A stretch of 64,000 bases of DNA from the human T2T-CHM13v2.0 reference genome, Homo sapiens. A program made the position numbers and the translations under genes. Of this stretch, positions 22,694 to 41,005 are shown in pieces (position 1 is the stretch's first letter; each line of letters begins with the position of its first letter). The stretch is from assembly GCF_009914755.1 (NCBI RefSeq), contig NC_060944.1. One strand, written 5' to 3'. The notes below the pieces were generated by a model, which saw only the letters and a list, made by a program, of their open reading frames with translations, did no database searches and had not been told where the DNA came from.

Positions 22694-23105
22694 TCAATAA
22701 ATATTTCTGAACTTAAGGCACCAACTTTTCTATTTTCTATTTAAAAATATTATGAACAATACCTTCTTCTTGTTAACTATGGCATCATTCCAGGCATTTG
22801 GTGGTAAGATCACAGTACTGAAGGTTTTGTTCTTAGTGTCAGCTTTTTAGCTAGATTGTAAAGAATCCCATTCTACAGATATAAAAACAGTAATGTTGGG
22901 TGCCAGGATTTGCTATTTGAAAAAATGAAATTGACAAGCTACATGTAATCTTTATACCCTCTAATGCCCTTATTGGATTATTCATATCACACTTTTTCAG
23001 CTATTCTTAAACTACCTTGCAGCAGTACTGGATCTTTTCCCAAATAAGTAAACGAGGTTACAGAAAATGAGGGCACAATGAGTAGCATTTAATAGATACT
23101 GCCTG

Positions 23106-23429
<324 letters not shown>

Positions 23430-24060
23430 TTAAATAGTCAAGTTTTAAGGGATCTCTGGGGGAGGATTTCCTCCAGCTCCCTCGCCCCTCCCCAAAGCGG
23501 CTCCCATTCATTTTCTGACATAAGGAGCTTTGTCAATGGCTGCTCGTTTCCAATTTTCAGGTTGCCCTCAGAGTTACTGAAAATCCGGCAAAGCTGTCCA
23601 TTTATTTTACTGTGGCACCCACCCCATTGGCTTTCCTTGATCACTGCTTTGTCCGGCGATCAAGATTTACATTTAAATATAGGAATAGAAACAGTCTTTG
23701 AGGCTATTAGCAATGAAAGATAATCAATTGGAAATGGTTCCCTGCTGGGCAATTTTCAAGCAGAGTCATCACCAAAAACCAATTGTGCTGGCAGCTTTTG
23801 GCCGTCGTGAACATCACTGTCCAATTAGAATTACAGCCCTTGCCGAGTCCCGTGATTTATACACAATTGATATTGAATATTGCTTCAGCAAACAAGGCCT
23901 ATGGGATAAATTCCCAACATTTGGGGCACAAAAAGATTTTAAATAATTCCTCTTTTTGCTGGTGACTGCAATGGTTATGTAGGAAAATGGTGAAACTTCA
24001 AATGATTTTATGCTTATAGCACTTAACGTTGTCTGATTAAGGGGTTGGTAGATTTTATAT
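23430..24060. promoter_or_regulatory. Candidate conserved non-coding element / enhancer
   Basis: Repeat-free block with TGATTTAT (PBX-HOX), CAATTA/CAATTG and AGATAA motifs. Confidence 0.4.
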
Positions 24061-24509
24061 TTGTATATTGACACCTGGTCATTAGAACACTCATGATCCT
24101 TGATATTTTTGGTATACTTTTATTTAATATACTATATATCACCTAAACAATGCAAAAATATGATCTCATATGGATTTTCAAAAATTCTTTACTAATGCCA
24201 TTAAGAGTTATTAATGCTATAACAATAATCAGCTTATCTAAATTAGTACAGTACTTAATAAAATAATACGCAGTTTGGAAAAGGGGACAGTCACCATTTC
24301 AGCCTTTCACCATTGCTGATGAGGGTGAACCGGTATAGTCTTTTTGGAAAACAATCTGGCAACATTTAGCAAAAGCCTTAAAAATGCTCTAACCTTTAAC
24401 CCAGTAATTCAATTTCTGGGAATCTATCTGAAGAAAATAACCCTATATACGGAAAGAGCTCAAAGCATTGAGATGATAAATGCAGGATTATTTTTAATTA
24501 CAAAAATGC

Positions 24510-24670
24510 AGAGTGAGGTGGCGCACACAGTCCTGGCTATGGAGAAGGCTGAGGCGGGAGAATCGCTTGAGCCCAGGAGTTCGAGGCTGCAGTGAGCTAT
24601 GATTGCACCGGAGAATACCCACTGCACTCCAGCCTGGGCTATGGAGCAAGACCCATCTCTTTAAAAAAAT
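24510..24670 (+). mobile_element. Alu monomer (FAM/FRAM-like)
   Basis: Partial Alu consensus. Confidence 0.7.
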
Positions 24671-24971
24671 GAGAAGAAAACCAAACGTCTACCAAGAGAT
24701 TCATGGTCAAGTAACATGTTTTTAAGTCATATATAATAATAGGAAGAAATGCCATATTAGTTTTCAAAGAAGGGAAAATAAAATGCTCACGTTGTACATA
24801 CGTTAATATACACCATACAATGATGGAAAAACATAATAGGCAGAGCAAAAGACTAATAGAGCAAAATGTTAGCAGTAGTGGCCTATAGATTTGGGACTAG
24901 ATTATATAGGTAATTCTACTTTCCCGTATTATTTTGTATTTTCCAAAATTTCTGTATAATAAATGAATTTA

Positions 24972-25400
<429 letters not shown>

Positions 25401-25754
25401 AGGAGTGGTAAATTTTTTGGTAATATTTTATTAAACAAAAGCATAAGAGTGGGAGGTAAACTATAGATGGAATCTGGGAATAGACCCACTCTATGATGGA
25501 AATGGGTTTTTTTGCAGTAACAAGGTGAGCTGCTGAAATGACTGTTGCACTAACCGAATAAACTCCTGTTTATCCTAAAATTAGAATCCTGGAGGAATAA
25601 CAAAGAAGCCCAGGAAGGCAATTTGTTCTTCCAGACACACATCTAGAAAGGAGAGATGACATGCAATTCACAAATTGCATTATAAAAAGCTCTTTGCAGT
25701 TTGTCACCCAAGTACTTTCCAGAGAGTGGCAGAAAACCAAGTTAAAAATGTCCA

Positions 25755-26267
<513 letters not shown>

Positions 26268-26429
26268 TCACAACTGCATGTGAATCTACAATGATCTCCA
26301 TGTAGACTGAGATTCAAATAAAACTACTTACAAAAATGGGTGGCAGGACAGACTTAGCCCCTGGACTGTAGTTTGCTGATCCCTGGATAAGACTATTGGT
26401 GCCAGTTTTTACTTCCCTGGGACAGGATT

Positions 26430-26825
26430 CTTTGTGATATAAATTTGCAGAGGTCTCCCATTGCACACAAAGTATATTTCCCCACCCTCTGATGGCTGGA
26501 CTTGCTCTAGGCGATGGAACATTAGTAGACATGATGCAAAGAGGGGCTTTACCCTGTTTTGTGAGTTTGCTTGCCCTCTTTTACTCCCATGATCTGCCAT
26601 GAGAAAATCACAGTCATTGTTGACCCAGGGAGAATGTAGTGATCCAGGGAATAGAACTGAATCCAATCTAAAATGTGAAGCCATGCCCAGTTACCCAGAA
26701 GCCTAGAACAGAGCTGCCCTGTTCAAGCATGAGCCAGAAAAATAAGCACTTGCTGTAAGGCCCTGGGCTTTTGGGGGTGGTTTGTTATGGGGCGTTATCT
26801 TAGCAATAGCTGACTAATACACCAT
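26430..26825 (+). mobile_element. MLT1-type (ERVL-MaLR) LTR fragment
   Basis: Ends ...tgctgtaagg...ggggtggtttgttatg...gcaatagctgactaataca. Confidence 0.65.
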
Positions 26826-26987
26826 CCAGCATTCTTGGCCAACAAGCAATAGATGTTGCTTTGCACAGCTGGGGTGACCTCTGTCAGGGTATGTGTTTTC
26901 TTCACTCCACTATAGTCTCTGTTTTCCGGATGAAGGACTATTGATTTGCAGCAAATAGTCAAAAAAAACAAATGTGGAATTATTTTA

Positions 26988-27393
<406 letters not shown>

Positions 27394-27477
27394 TTAGTCT
27401 TGGCTTACCCAAGAACAATCCTTAAATCTTTAATAATTTTAAAGAAAAGAGCAGATCATCAGTCCATCCTTAGTGCA

Positions 27478-27762
27478 CTGACCCTCGAACAATGCAGGGA
27501 TTAGGGGCACCAATGGCACATATTTTGTGTATGTATTGTATACTGTATTCCCACAATAGTGCAAGCTAAGGAAAAGGAAATGTTACTGAGAAAATTAAGT
27601 GGGAGTGGATCATCATGCAAGTCTTCATTCTCGTCATCTTCACATTGAGTAGGCTGAGGACGAGGAGAAAGAGAAGGGGTTGGTCTTGCTGTCTCAGGGG
27701 TGGCAGAAGAGGAAGAATATCCACATATAACTGGACCCACATAGTTCAAACCTGTGTTGTTG
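27478..27762. mobile_element. Tigger2-like DNA transposon fragment
   Basis: gtcttcattctcgtcatcttcacattgagtaggctgagg...ggacccacatagttcaaacctgtgttg. Confidence 0.65.
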
Positions 27763-27763
27763 G

Positions 27764-28056
27764 TTTTTTTTTTTTTTTTGAAGACAGGGTCTGTGTTGCC
27801 CAGGCTAGGGTGCAATGGTCCTATAATAACTCACTGCAGCCTCCAACCCCTGGCTTCAAGTGATCCTCCCACCTCAACCTCCCAAGCACCTGGGACTACA
27901 GGTGTACACCACCATGCCCAGCTCATTTTTTATTTTTCTGTAGAGCTGAGGTCTCACTCTGTTGCCCAGGCTGGTGTCAAACTCCTGGGCTCAAGTGATC
28001 CTCCTGCCTTGGCCTCCCAAGGGGCTGAGATTACAAGCATGAGCCACCATGCCAGC
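27764..28056 (-). mobile_element. Alu (AluJ-like)
   Basis: Reverse Alu consensus. Confidence 0.9.
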
Positions 28057-28531
28057 CAACCACGCAGCTTTAATGAGATGGTCACCGGCAATGCATTATG
28101 ACAGGCGGGAATGTGTCTCCAAGGTGACGGGCAGTGACCCTTGCAGGAGTCTTGTATTGCACATCCTTCTCAGGTGAGGCATACGTGTTGATGGAAGCAG
28201 TGAAGAAAAAAGAGAGCAGAGAGATGTCATTCACAAGGTGGCGATGAGAAGGGTCATTGCTGCTTGGTGTGTAGGAATGAGGTAGTGTGGTTAGAGGGAG
28301 GCATCGCAAAGAAATGCCCTGGGAGCACTACCTGCTGATGTCTGATGACTCCGCCCTTCGGGAGCCTCATCCGTAATGTGGGTCAGCATCACTTATGTTG
28401 GAAAGTTGCTGGATGATGCCAAGGTGTTTGTGAAACTCACAGCAACACCTGGCACTGGTAGCTACTGTAATTGTTAATTTGGCAGCTAACACAAAAACAG
28501 CCACGATGACAAATTTTAAATCAAAACTTTT

Positions 28532-28818
28532 GGCTGGTCATGGTGGCTCACGTCTGTAATCCCAGCAATTTGGAAGGCCATGGTGGGCAGCTCACTGGAG
28601 GTCAGGAGTTCAAGACCGGCCTGGCCAACATGGTGAAACCCCCTCTCTACCAAAAATACAAAAATTAACCAGGCATGATGGCATGTGCCTGTAATCCTAG
28701 CTACTCTGGAGGCCGAGGCACGAGAATTCCTTGAACCCAGGAGGTGGAGGTTGCAGTGAGCTAAGATTGCACTACTGCACTCCAGCCTGGGTGATGGAGT
28801 GAGACTCTACCTCAAGAA
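28532..28818 (+). mobile_element. Alu
   Basis: Alu consensus. Confidence 0.9.
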
Positions 28819-28961
28819 AACCCCACAGACTTTTACAAATACACAAGACACTATTAATGATGACTGCTTTTTGGGAGGTAAAATAAGGGACAGTGAAAAG
28901 AGATGTTTTCCTATACATCCCCAGGTATTGCTTGACAAAAAAAAAAAAGCACAATATTTTA

Positions 28962-29378
<417 letters not shown>

Positions 29379-29564
29379 TCATTTATATATATTCTTGAGA
29401 AACACTACAGTCTCTAAATATACCCACAGCTAGATGGCAAAGGCCTTTGTGTCTGAGCTTAATATAAAGGAATATTTGGGAACAGCATACATCAGAAAAA
29501 AAATCACATTCAAACATTGTGTTCATGTCAAAAACAATCTGAGAAATAAGAGCAGTTTAATTCT

Positions 29565-30775
<1,211 letters not shown>

Positions 30776-31324
30776 TTAAAGCAATAGTTTAAAATTCAAT
30801 ACCATATCTCATAAGCTGCTCTGACCAGCTAGAGCAGGAGTTAGGAAATTACGGCCTATGGGTCAACTCTAGCCAATAACCTACAAGTTAAATTGAAATT
30901 TTTATTGAGATAATTGTAGATTCATGTGCAGTTGTAAGAAGTAATACAGAAAAAGCCCTTGTATGCTTCGCCCAGTTTCTCCAGTGGTAATCCACCTGTT
31001 TTACGTAATCTACCACCATGAGCTAAAAGCAGTTTTTGAATTTTTTTTCTTTTTGGAAAAGGGTTTTTCTCTGTTGCCCAACCTGGTGTGCAGTGGTGCA
31101 ATGATGGCTCTGGGCTAGAGACTGGGCTAGGATTAGTAAAGAAATGAGTATCTGGAATAAAAATTATTCTTTCAAAGAATAAAAATTCTATGTGACATCT
31201 GAACCATTAATTCTCTTAAACATTGATATAAAAACTGTTTTCTTGCAACCAGGAACAAATGGATAACTGAAGTACAGTCAATATTTGTTTTTTCTCAAAA
31301 TCCAGGGTTGTCTATGTATTCATT

Positions 31325-31592
31325 CATTCTGTCACCCAGGCTATAGTACAGTGGCGTGACCATAGATCATAGCAGCATCTGCTGGGCTCAAGCGATCCTC
31401 CTGCCTCAGCCTCCCATGTGGCTGGGACTACAGATGCATGCCATTGTACCTGGCTAATTTTTAATGTTTTTTGTAGGGACGGGGTCTCCCTATGTTGCCC
31501 AGGCTGGTCTCAAACTCCTGGCCTCAAGCAATCCTCACATCTTGGCCTTCCAAAGCACTGGGATTACAGGCATGAGCCACCGCTCCTGGCCA
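31325..31592 (-). mobile_element. Alu (AluJ-like)
   Basis: Diverged reverse Alu. Confidence 0.85.
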
Positions 31593-31963
31593 CGTCTATG
31601 CCTTTTAAAAGAACTATACACAGAGAATCAATTTCTCTTAAAGAGATAGTTTATCAAAAGGATGCTTAAAGCTAACAAGTGCAGATGACACTGGGCTGGG
31701 TACTAGAATTAACTGTTATTCATGTGTTGCCCCTCTCAGCTATGGGATAAAAATCCTGCCCTTAGCATTAGGGTGAAATCAGTCTTTGGCGATCTTTCAA
31801 GAAATACATACTGCACAGCATGAGAAAGAGCATGTGAGTGCAATGCCTTTAGAATTTTGGAATTGACAAATGTACATTTGTTTTCTGTATGCCTAAGTCC
31901 CTCAAACTAACACATGAAGATTGAGCCATCTGAAGAGCAGTTTATGGGGGAAAAGACTAATAG

Positions 31964-33110
<1,147 letters not shown>

Positions 33111-33634
33111 AGAAAATGAATCTTTAGTTTCACTAGCCTCTGAACGAAATCCAGTATTTCTGCCAATTTTGGATGTAGGCACCAAATCACAGTAGCATTA
33201 GACAACCTGTGCTTTAGTCAACAAAATAAATTGGATATTTTCGTATAACATCATGGCCATTGTAGATTGCTACTTCAAAATAAAAGTAGTTACTAGATCT
33301 GCTGATAGATCTTGTATTTAGTGTTAATAAAAACACACAACAATTTAAAAATATTTTGATAACTATTATTTTAATGGCAGTTTCCTTTTGCAAACCTATG
33401 TATTTTATTCTTTTAAACATCACTGAGCAGATTCACAGATTTCATCGAATTGCCAAAGGGGTCCATGACTCAGAATGCACTGTGTCTTAAAGCAGGTCCT
33501 CCTAAGCAAGGGGTATTGAAAGGGGATCCACCTCAGAGACCTAAGACGCAGGTTCTAATCCTGACAAGTTGCTTGACCTCAGACAGGCTTCTGTCTCTCA
33601 TGCCTTCACTTTTATCTCTATTAAAATAGAAGTG

Positions 33635-33770
33635 GGCCAGGTGCAGTGGCTCACAGCTGTAAAAAGCACTTAGGGAGGCCAAGGGGGGAGGATAGCTTGA
33701 GGCCAGGAGTTGAGACCAGCCTGGGCAACAAAGCAAGAACCCATCTCTACAAAAAAAAAAAAAAAAAAAG
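33635..33770 (+). mobile_element. Alu monomer
   Basis: Left arm plus A-tail. Confidence 0.8.
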
Positions 33771-34153
33771 CAGCATCTGAAGCAGCATGTGGGGAGCAAA
33801 CGAGATGCAATTGTGAATGTCTCCTGACAGCAGCTTCTCAAGCTCAGGTGGCCACTTAAACTCACATAAATCCATGTTTGGTTACCAAAGATAAGCATTT
33901 AAGCAACATTTATAATTTCGTAACCTGCCTATGTTGGGGGAATGCAACATTGGTCATTCCTGCAATACTTGCCCTAGCACACACGCAGCCCAGGGACGTT
34001 TTTCCAACCTAATGATGCTCACATTTGAAATTTTTTCCCACCCTACTATAGACCTCACTATTCTTGCAAAGACTTTGTTCTATCTAAACACTTAGAACTC
34101 ATGATTCTGTTCCTGAGCTGTCCACCTCTGCCAGTGGGAGACACCCTAGACTA

Positions 34154-34647
<494 letters not shown>

Positions 34648-34814
34648 TCAAAATAATGGAGGGGATACTAGTGAATGTTAGTGGGCGCCAGTGCTTGTCC
34701 CTCCCATCCAGAGACCTGGTCCCCCCTATCCAGGAGTCTTGATTTCAGTGGTCGAAGGCCCTTCCCACAGCTTTCCAGTGATGCAGACAGGCTGAGGTAT
34801 GCCCTTTTCTTCAG

Positions 34815-34975
34815 AAAACTGGCTGTTACAATTTGCAAAGCCCGATGCAAAATATTTTCAAAATTGCTATTAAAAAAATTAAGAATTTAAAGTCGATGAC
34901 AGAACATGCAACCAAACAGGGGCCTCCTGACTATGGGGCCCTTTGTGACAGCACAGCCTATGAAGACGGTCTGTC
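34815..34975 (-). mobile_element. MER45A-like hAT DNA transposon
   Basis: accaaacaggggcctcctgactatggggccctttgtgacagcacag resembles reverse MER45A. Confidence 0.5.
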
Positions 34976-36092
34976 TCCAACTCACATGGCTCTTCCCACC
35001 CTGGTTCCACACTACAATCACCTGCAGAACTTTAGAAAGTAGAGATGCCCTTGTACCTCCCCTGAGATATTTCAAACACCAAAGAGTCCCCCAGGGGACC
35101 GCAGCAGGCAGGCACGGTGGAGAGCTACTGGAGTAGAGCCTTAGGATGCCTTGGAAGACTGTCATGGCCCAACATCCACAAGCAGCAGGCAAAACTGTCC
35201 CCATAAAGCCCAGATAAGACAAATACTTGCAAATGTAACATCTCAGGGTCTTTAGGACCCGTATCACGTGCCCCATGGAAAAAGCTATTAATACCTCCCA
35301 CCCCTATGAGGCTGCCTTACTGTGCAGACAGCAGAGGATGCTCATGAGTTCAGCATCTCCCCTTCCAGGTTTTCACCGGCACAGCCCACTCCAGAGGAAC
35401 CTGCTTCCCCGTGTCCTTTGTAGAGCTATGGTGTGTGACTAGGTGGGGAGGCAAGCAGCAGCTTATGTGCGACTTCCCAGCGGTGTTAAGGACATGACCT
35501 TCTGTCCTAGTTGGCGCTTAAGGTGTCATCTGAGACTATGTGTTGAAGATGTGTGTGGCAGGGGGCATGGGAAGATAGAAATCATGATCCCTGCTGATCA
35601 TAAGGCCACAGTACCTAGATCTTGGTTATTCCTCCTCCCCCTACAAAAGAAAAAAAGCAAGCAGGGCTCAGGGGGTGGGGGAGACAGAGGGAAGCCAACT
35701 TCTCTTAAGTCAGTAGATTGTATCATTAGGCCAAATGCCTGACATGACCCATTTTACAGAAGAGTAAAATAGACTCAGATGACATCCCCCTAGCTGAACG
35801 AGGCAGGGATTTCCCATCTTCAGCTGCATTCGCTTATAACTAAAAAAAAGGTGGCTTCTCAGAGTAGAAGGATGGTTGCCAGGAGTTGGGGGAAACGGGG
35901 AGATGTTGATCAAAGGGCACAATCTTTGTCATGACATGAACAAATTTTGGGTTGTAAGGCACAGCATGAGTGGTGGCAGCTGTGTTAATCTGTGGTAGTC
36001 ATTACACGATGCTTAGGTATTTCCAATCAACACATTATAGACACCGAATATATACAGTCTTTGTCTGTTAAATATTTAAAAGAGGCAGCTTT

Positions 36093-36432
<340 letters not shown>

Positions 36433-36489
36433 TCATATTGTTTTAGGAAGTTTCTTCCCCTTATCCTTTAGTTTCTGCATTTAAAGAGG

Positions 36490-36850
36490 GACAGGGGCTA
36501 GGTGGGGTGGGAGAGGCCATGGCCTCAGGCACACATTTAAGGTGGTATCCCAAATCTCAGCTGATCAAGGTAAATACCATAACGCAACTTTTTAAAAACC
36601 AAAATGAATGCAAAAGAAACCTACAATGAACAGGATGTCAGAACTCTAAACACGGGATCCAACTCTGCTTGCACAGCCCTGACTTGCCCTAATCCCAGGC
36701 CAACTTTCCACAGAACTACAAAAACAAAGCAGATGACCTGTGGGGCCACCGTTTGCCAATCTGCATTAAAATATTTTTTGGCGACTGAGTTCTCGGCACT
36801 CCCTTAAGTCTCATGTCCCAGGCAAGTGCCTCACCCTATCCCAGCTCTGG
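36490..36850. mobile_element. Palindromic hAT-type non-autonomous DNA transposon (MER96B/MER53-like)
   Basis: Degenerate inverted ends (…ggcctcaggcacacatttaagg…ctcagctgatcaag vs …ctgagttctcggcactcccttaag…ggcaagtgcctcacccta). Confidence 0.45.
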
Positions 36851-39444
36851 GTAGCACCTGGGAGAAAAACACCTGCAGACAGGTAAAGTTCTTAGTGCAG
36901 TGCCTGGCTCAGTCATGATGGCAACTCGAATTGAGGCTCATCTGCTTTCTTAGAAGAGGTTAAATACAGGGAGACAAACAAGCTATTTGTGTTCTGTAGT
37001 GTCTAGAAGGCAGCAAGAAACCTTAAGCAGAGGGGCGGGAGATCGCCTTGATTTCTGTTCTTCAGTGGAGATTTTACAAGCTGATCTGAGTAAAGATCAA
37101 AAGGATCCAGTTTTCCCCAATACCTAACCGGAAACTCATCTGTCTGTGGCATGGAGCAACACCTTCCTTAAAGTGGCCCCACGAAATTTTTCTAAAGATG
37201 GAGTCGCATTGCTACCCAGGCTCGACTTGAACTCTTGGGCTCAAATAGTTCTTCCTAGCTCAGTCTCCCAAGTAGCTGGGACCATAGACACTCATTACTG
37301 ATGCTGGCTCAATTTCATGTTAACATTTCCCCCTTGCCTTTTATCCAAGGCCAATCACCCTGTTGCTTGTACTTAGGGGTTAACAGACTGGCCTTCCAAA
37401 TCATGTCCTTTTTATAAATAAAGTTTTATTGGCCCACAGCTAAACTTATTTCCTTCCCTATTCTCTGTAGCTGCATTACAGTGGCCGAGTTGGAACCTCT
37501 GTGCTACAACAGCAGTGGCAACAGAGCTGATAACAAGTAGGACCAGCAAAGCTCAAAACATTTACTATCTGGCCCTTAACTGAAAAAGTTTGCGGATCCC
37601 TGGGGCTCAGGTGAAGTCAAACTGCAAACATTCTCAGTTTCCTCTTCCAGATCCAGAGGGCTCTGCAAATCAAGGCTGGTGTAAGAATTGCCATTCTGGT
37701 CTGTGCCATGTCAGCTGCTCCTTTCTATTAAGGCTGTTTTATTTGGTTATTACCTGTACATTTTAAGTCTCATTCTAGCAGGTTTAGCCAGTTCAGCCCC
37801 CAATTCCGAATGATTTAACCCCATCCACTGCCATCTTCTAATTTCCTAGAAATGGTAAGGTAAGACTACCCCTACTCCTACAAGTTTCCTGGTCCTAGAC
37901 TTCCCTCTTAGCCTACTTTTCTCTGAATCTTGGAATTCTTGCCAGTCTCAAAAATTCTTTTAAGTTACCCAAATTCTTTTTAATACTCATTCAGCCTTAT
38001 TCTCTTGAACTACACTCTCAGCTTTGTGCAAATCCCATTTGTGTCTCTGCCAGAAAATTTGGTATCTTTTAGTGTGTTTTACAAGTCACACTTGCCAGTT
38101 CAGAGCAAAGTACTCTGCAGGAGGGCTTGCTACATTCTAAGACCATGGGCCAAATCTAGCCTGCCACCTGTTTTTGTAAAGTTTTATTGGAACACAGACA
38201 CATTTGTTTTTTCTTGCAATCTATGGTTGCTTTTGCACTAAAACCACAGAGCTGAGTAGTTGCAAAAAACTTTATGGCCCCACCCACTGCCTGAAGTAAA
38301 TATTGGGTTCACAGCTTTTTACTCACCTCTGCTCTATTGGGAATCCAAGTTTGCTGGGTGATACCAGCTTGGATATAAAATCCTTAAAGTCCATACAGCT
38401 GTTAACAAAAAATGCCTTCTAAAAAGGCTGATATCTTTCCTCTTTGTCTAAAGAGCTATAACAAGAAGTACAAGGAACGTTTATGTGATTTCAATCTATG
38501 GGTTCCCACTTGAAAGGTCAACAACCTTCTAGAACAGAAACGCAGATCAGACTCACGACAAACAGCAGAAAGGTAACAATAGCAACTGTACAATAGCACC
38601 AGCATTCAGTAACCAAACACTTTTCTGATCAAAACGATCATCTCCAAAGAGACTAATTCTATCCTGGGTCTCTGTCATCATTTTAATCTTTTCTTCTTAC
38701 AATAGAGATTCAGCAGTACACCATCACCTACCTGATGTAAAACTTAAACGGAGTCAGATTTGCCCAAACTACCACCATTCACAAAATAAACTAGGTACCT
38801 CTATTTCACAAGTGAAATAGTCCCTTCTACACAACCTATAAAATCTTACATCCTTTTTTCTTAGTTTACCAGGAACAATGGATCTACTTAATCTGTTTCA
38901 ATTCCAGAGATGTTCAGCTTGATGAGGGCACACAAGACTTTATATTTAAAAAGAGTATTTGAAGGAAAGATGCCAAAAGTAGAAACCAAGCAACTTTGGG
39001 TAAGTATTATATCCACTGAGATTTCATAACCTCCTAAGGGTCCATCTATGAGAAGAGGTTGGATTTTCAGTAGTTTGTGGGTTCAGCAAACACTAAATGC
39101 TTTCCGTGATGAAACAGATGCTGGTGTGAGGCTGTCCCACGTATCACATATCCCAGCACCCAGCACCAAGCTCAGGGCCCACTGGGCCCCTGGACTTTTC
39201 TCTCCAAATAGAATTAAACAGAATTTTGAATTCCACAACAGACAAGCACAGGCTGGGCTAGTTAGCTTGATCTTTGGCGCCACCTCCAGATCAAACTGCA
39301 TTTCGTTTTACTACAGTAGGAACTCATTGAGAAATCCAATGTGCGTTTATAATTAAGTTACTGAATGGGGCGCGGGCTGGGGATGGAGAACCTTCTACCG
39401 TAACTGTCTGTGGAGGGCTGCAAAATTGAGTGTTCCTTACATCA

Positions 39445-39993
39445 TGCTACCATGAGTCTGCCTTTTTTATTGTAAGACAACAGGTAAAAGAAACCACACA
39501 AACATATAAGGCAAACACTCTTAGAACGATCACCCAGGTTATGAAATAGAAGTTTTCCAGCAACCCCAGACCCTTCACGTACACCTTCCTCACTTTAACC
39601 CTTTCCACTCTAGAGATTAGTTTTAGTTTTCTATATCGTCTAAGTTTAATAATTCCATCAGAGATGGATCAGTTTTAAAATTGGAATCCGTTACGTAGAA
39701 GCTATCCCCATTGGATAGAGCAGGGCTTGGCAGACCCCGCCTTTGAATGAACAAGTCGACTTGCTCAGATAATCCTTGGAGGGAAGAGACAAATGCGAGG
39801 AGTGTCTCCACAGCCCTGCTTTGCTTTGCTTTCGTCACTGTCGCCCAGCCATCGCCTCTGAAGGCCTGTGAAGTTGGAGCGGCCAGCCCCAGAAGTGGTG
39901 CCCAAAGCCTGTCTCTCAGTGGCCTCACCTCTGGAGGGCTGGGCAACAGCACTGGTCAGAAGTTCCGACAGCTGACCACCCTCTTCGGCTGAG
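39445..39993 (-). other. ZFP64: 3' UTR of the terminal exon (end approximate)
   Basis: Lies between the stop codon and a minus-strand AATAAA. Confidence 0.7.
39466..39471 (-). terminator. Polyadenylation signal AATAAA
   Basis: tttatt on plus strand, about 520 nt past the stop. Confidence 0.7.
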
Positions 39994-40703
39994 CTAGAGG
40001 TCTTGGCTGGGCTCTAGGGGAGCCTCGAGCTGCCCCACGGAGACCAGGGTGCTGAGCTGTCCCGAGGCACCGCTTTCCGGTGGGAAGGTGACCAAGTCTG
40101 AGTTCTTGTTCTCACTCTGATCACTGTGCTGCTTCTTGTGGCATCTCAGAGAGTCATCCCTGACGAAGGAGGCGCCGCAGGTCTCACAGCGGAAGGCCCT
40201 CTGCGTCACGATCTTGGCCACGTGCTGGGAGCTGCCCTCTCTGAGCCCTTCCTTGCCCAGAGGGGCCCGGTTCTCCGTCTTGGCCTCGTCCCTGTGCACC
40301 TTGTCGACGTGCTTGGCCAGGCTGCTGGGCCGCTTCGTGTCGAAGCTGCAGAAGTCACACTTGAAGGGACGGTCCTTACAGTGGACTCTGCTGTGCACGC
40401 GCAGGGCGGCCGCGCTGGAGCAGGAGTAGCTGCACTCTGGACACTTCTCCGGGTGGTCGGCCTGGTGCAGCCGGCTGTGCTCCAGGAGGTCAGCCCGGTC
40501 CCGGCCCTGGAAGGCACAGTGCAGACATTTGAAGGTGTGCTTGATGCGGATGTGCGATTTGAGATTCGCCTTCATGGTGCAGCGGACGTCGCAGAACTCG
40601 CACTTGAAAGGCTTCTCCCCCGAGTGCACGATCATGTGCCTTTTCAAGTCCGAGCTGATTTTGAACTTGGCGCTACAGAGCCAGCACTGGAAGGGGGTAT
40701 CCC
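39994..40703 (-). CDS. ZFP64: Terminal coding exon: six C2H2 fingers plus a short tail ending EPSQDL*
   Basis: ctag| acceptor at 40704-40705, frame GDTPFQCWLC..., TAG at 39996-39994; within ORF 39994..40764. Confidence 0.95.
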
Positions 40704-40829
40704 CTAGCAATGGAAGGTGTGTTTCCATTAGAACAGGCAGGCAAAACAGACCCTCCCACCCCAACCTGCCTTAGCACACTTGGCCGCCATGAGATGGTTG
40801 GGTTTTGTGAACTCTAAACCCAACCTCCT

Positions 40830-41005
40830 AATGACAACACTTGTTGTGCATATTAATGCAATCCTCACAACAATCCTATGAGTGGGTACTATTACCCCCA
40901 CTTTACAGATGGGACAACTGAGGCTCAGAGAGGTCAAGTTACTTGGCTCAGGTCAAACAGCAGGGATTTGGAACCCAGGCACTATGGCACTCAAGTCCAT
41001 ACTCT
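40830..41005 (-). mobile_element. MIR
   Basis: aatcctcacaacaatcctatgag...ttacagatgggacaactgaggctcagagaggtcaagttacttg. Confidence 0.8.

Noticed and set aside
39623-39952. 109-aa ORF as an independent gene
   Set aside because: No ATG start and lies in the 3' UTR; interpreted as a decayed coding remnant.
40126-40707. 193-aa plus-strand ORF (and 43804..44109)
   Set aside because: Antisense shadows of GC3-rich zinc-finger exons.
40704-40764. N-terminal extension MGWEGLF... of ORF 39994..40764
   Set aside because: Intronic; the real boundary is the ctag acceptor at 40704-40705.
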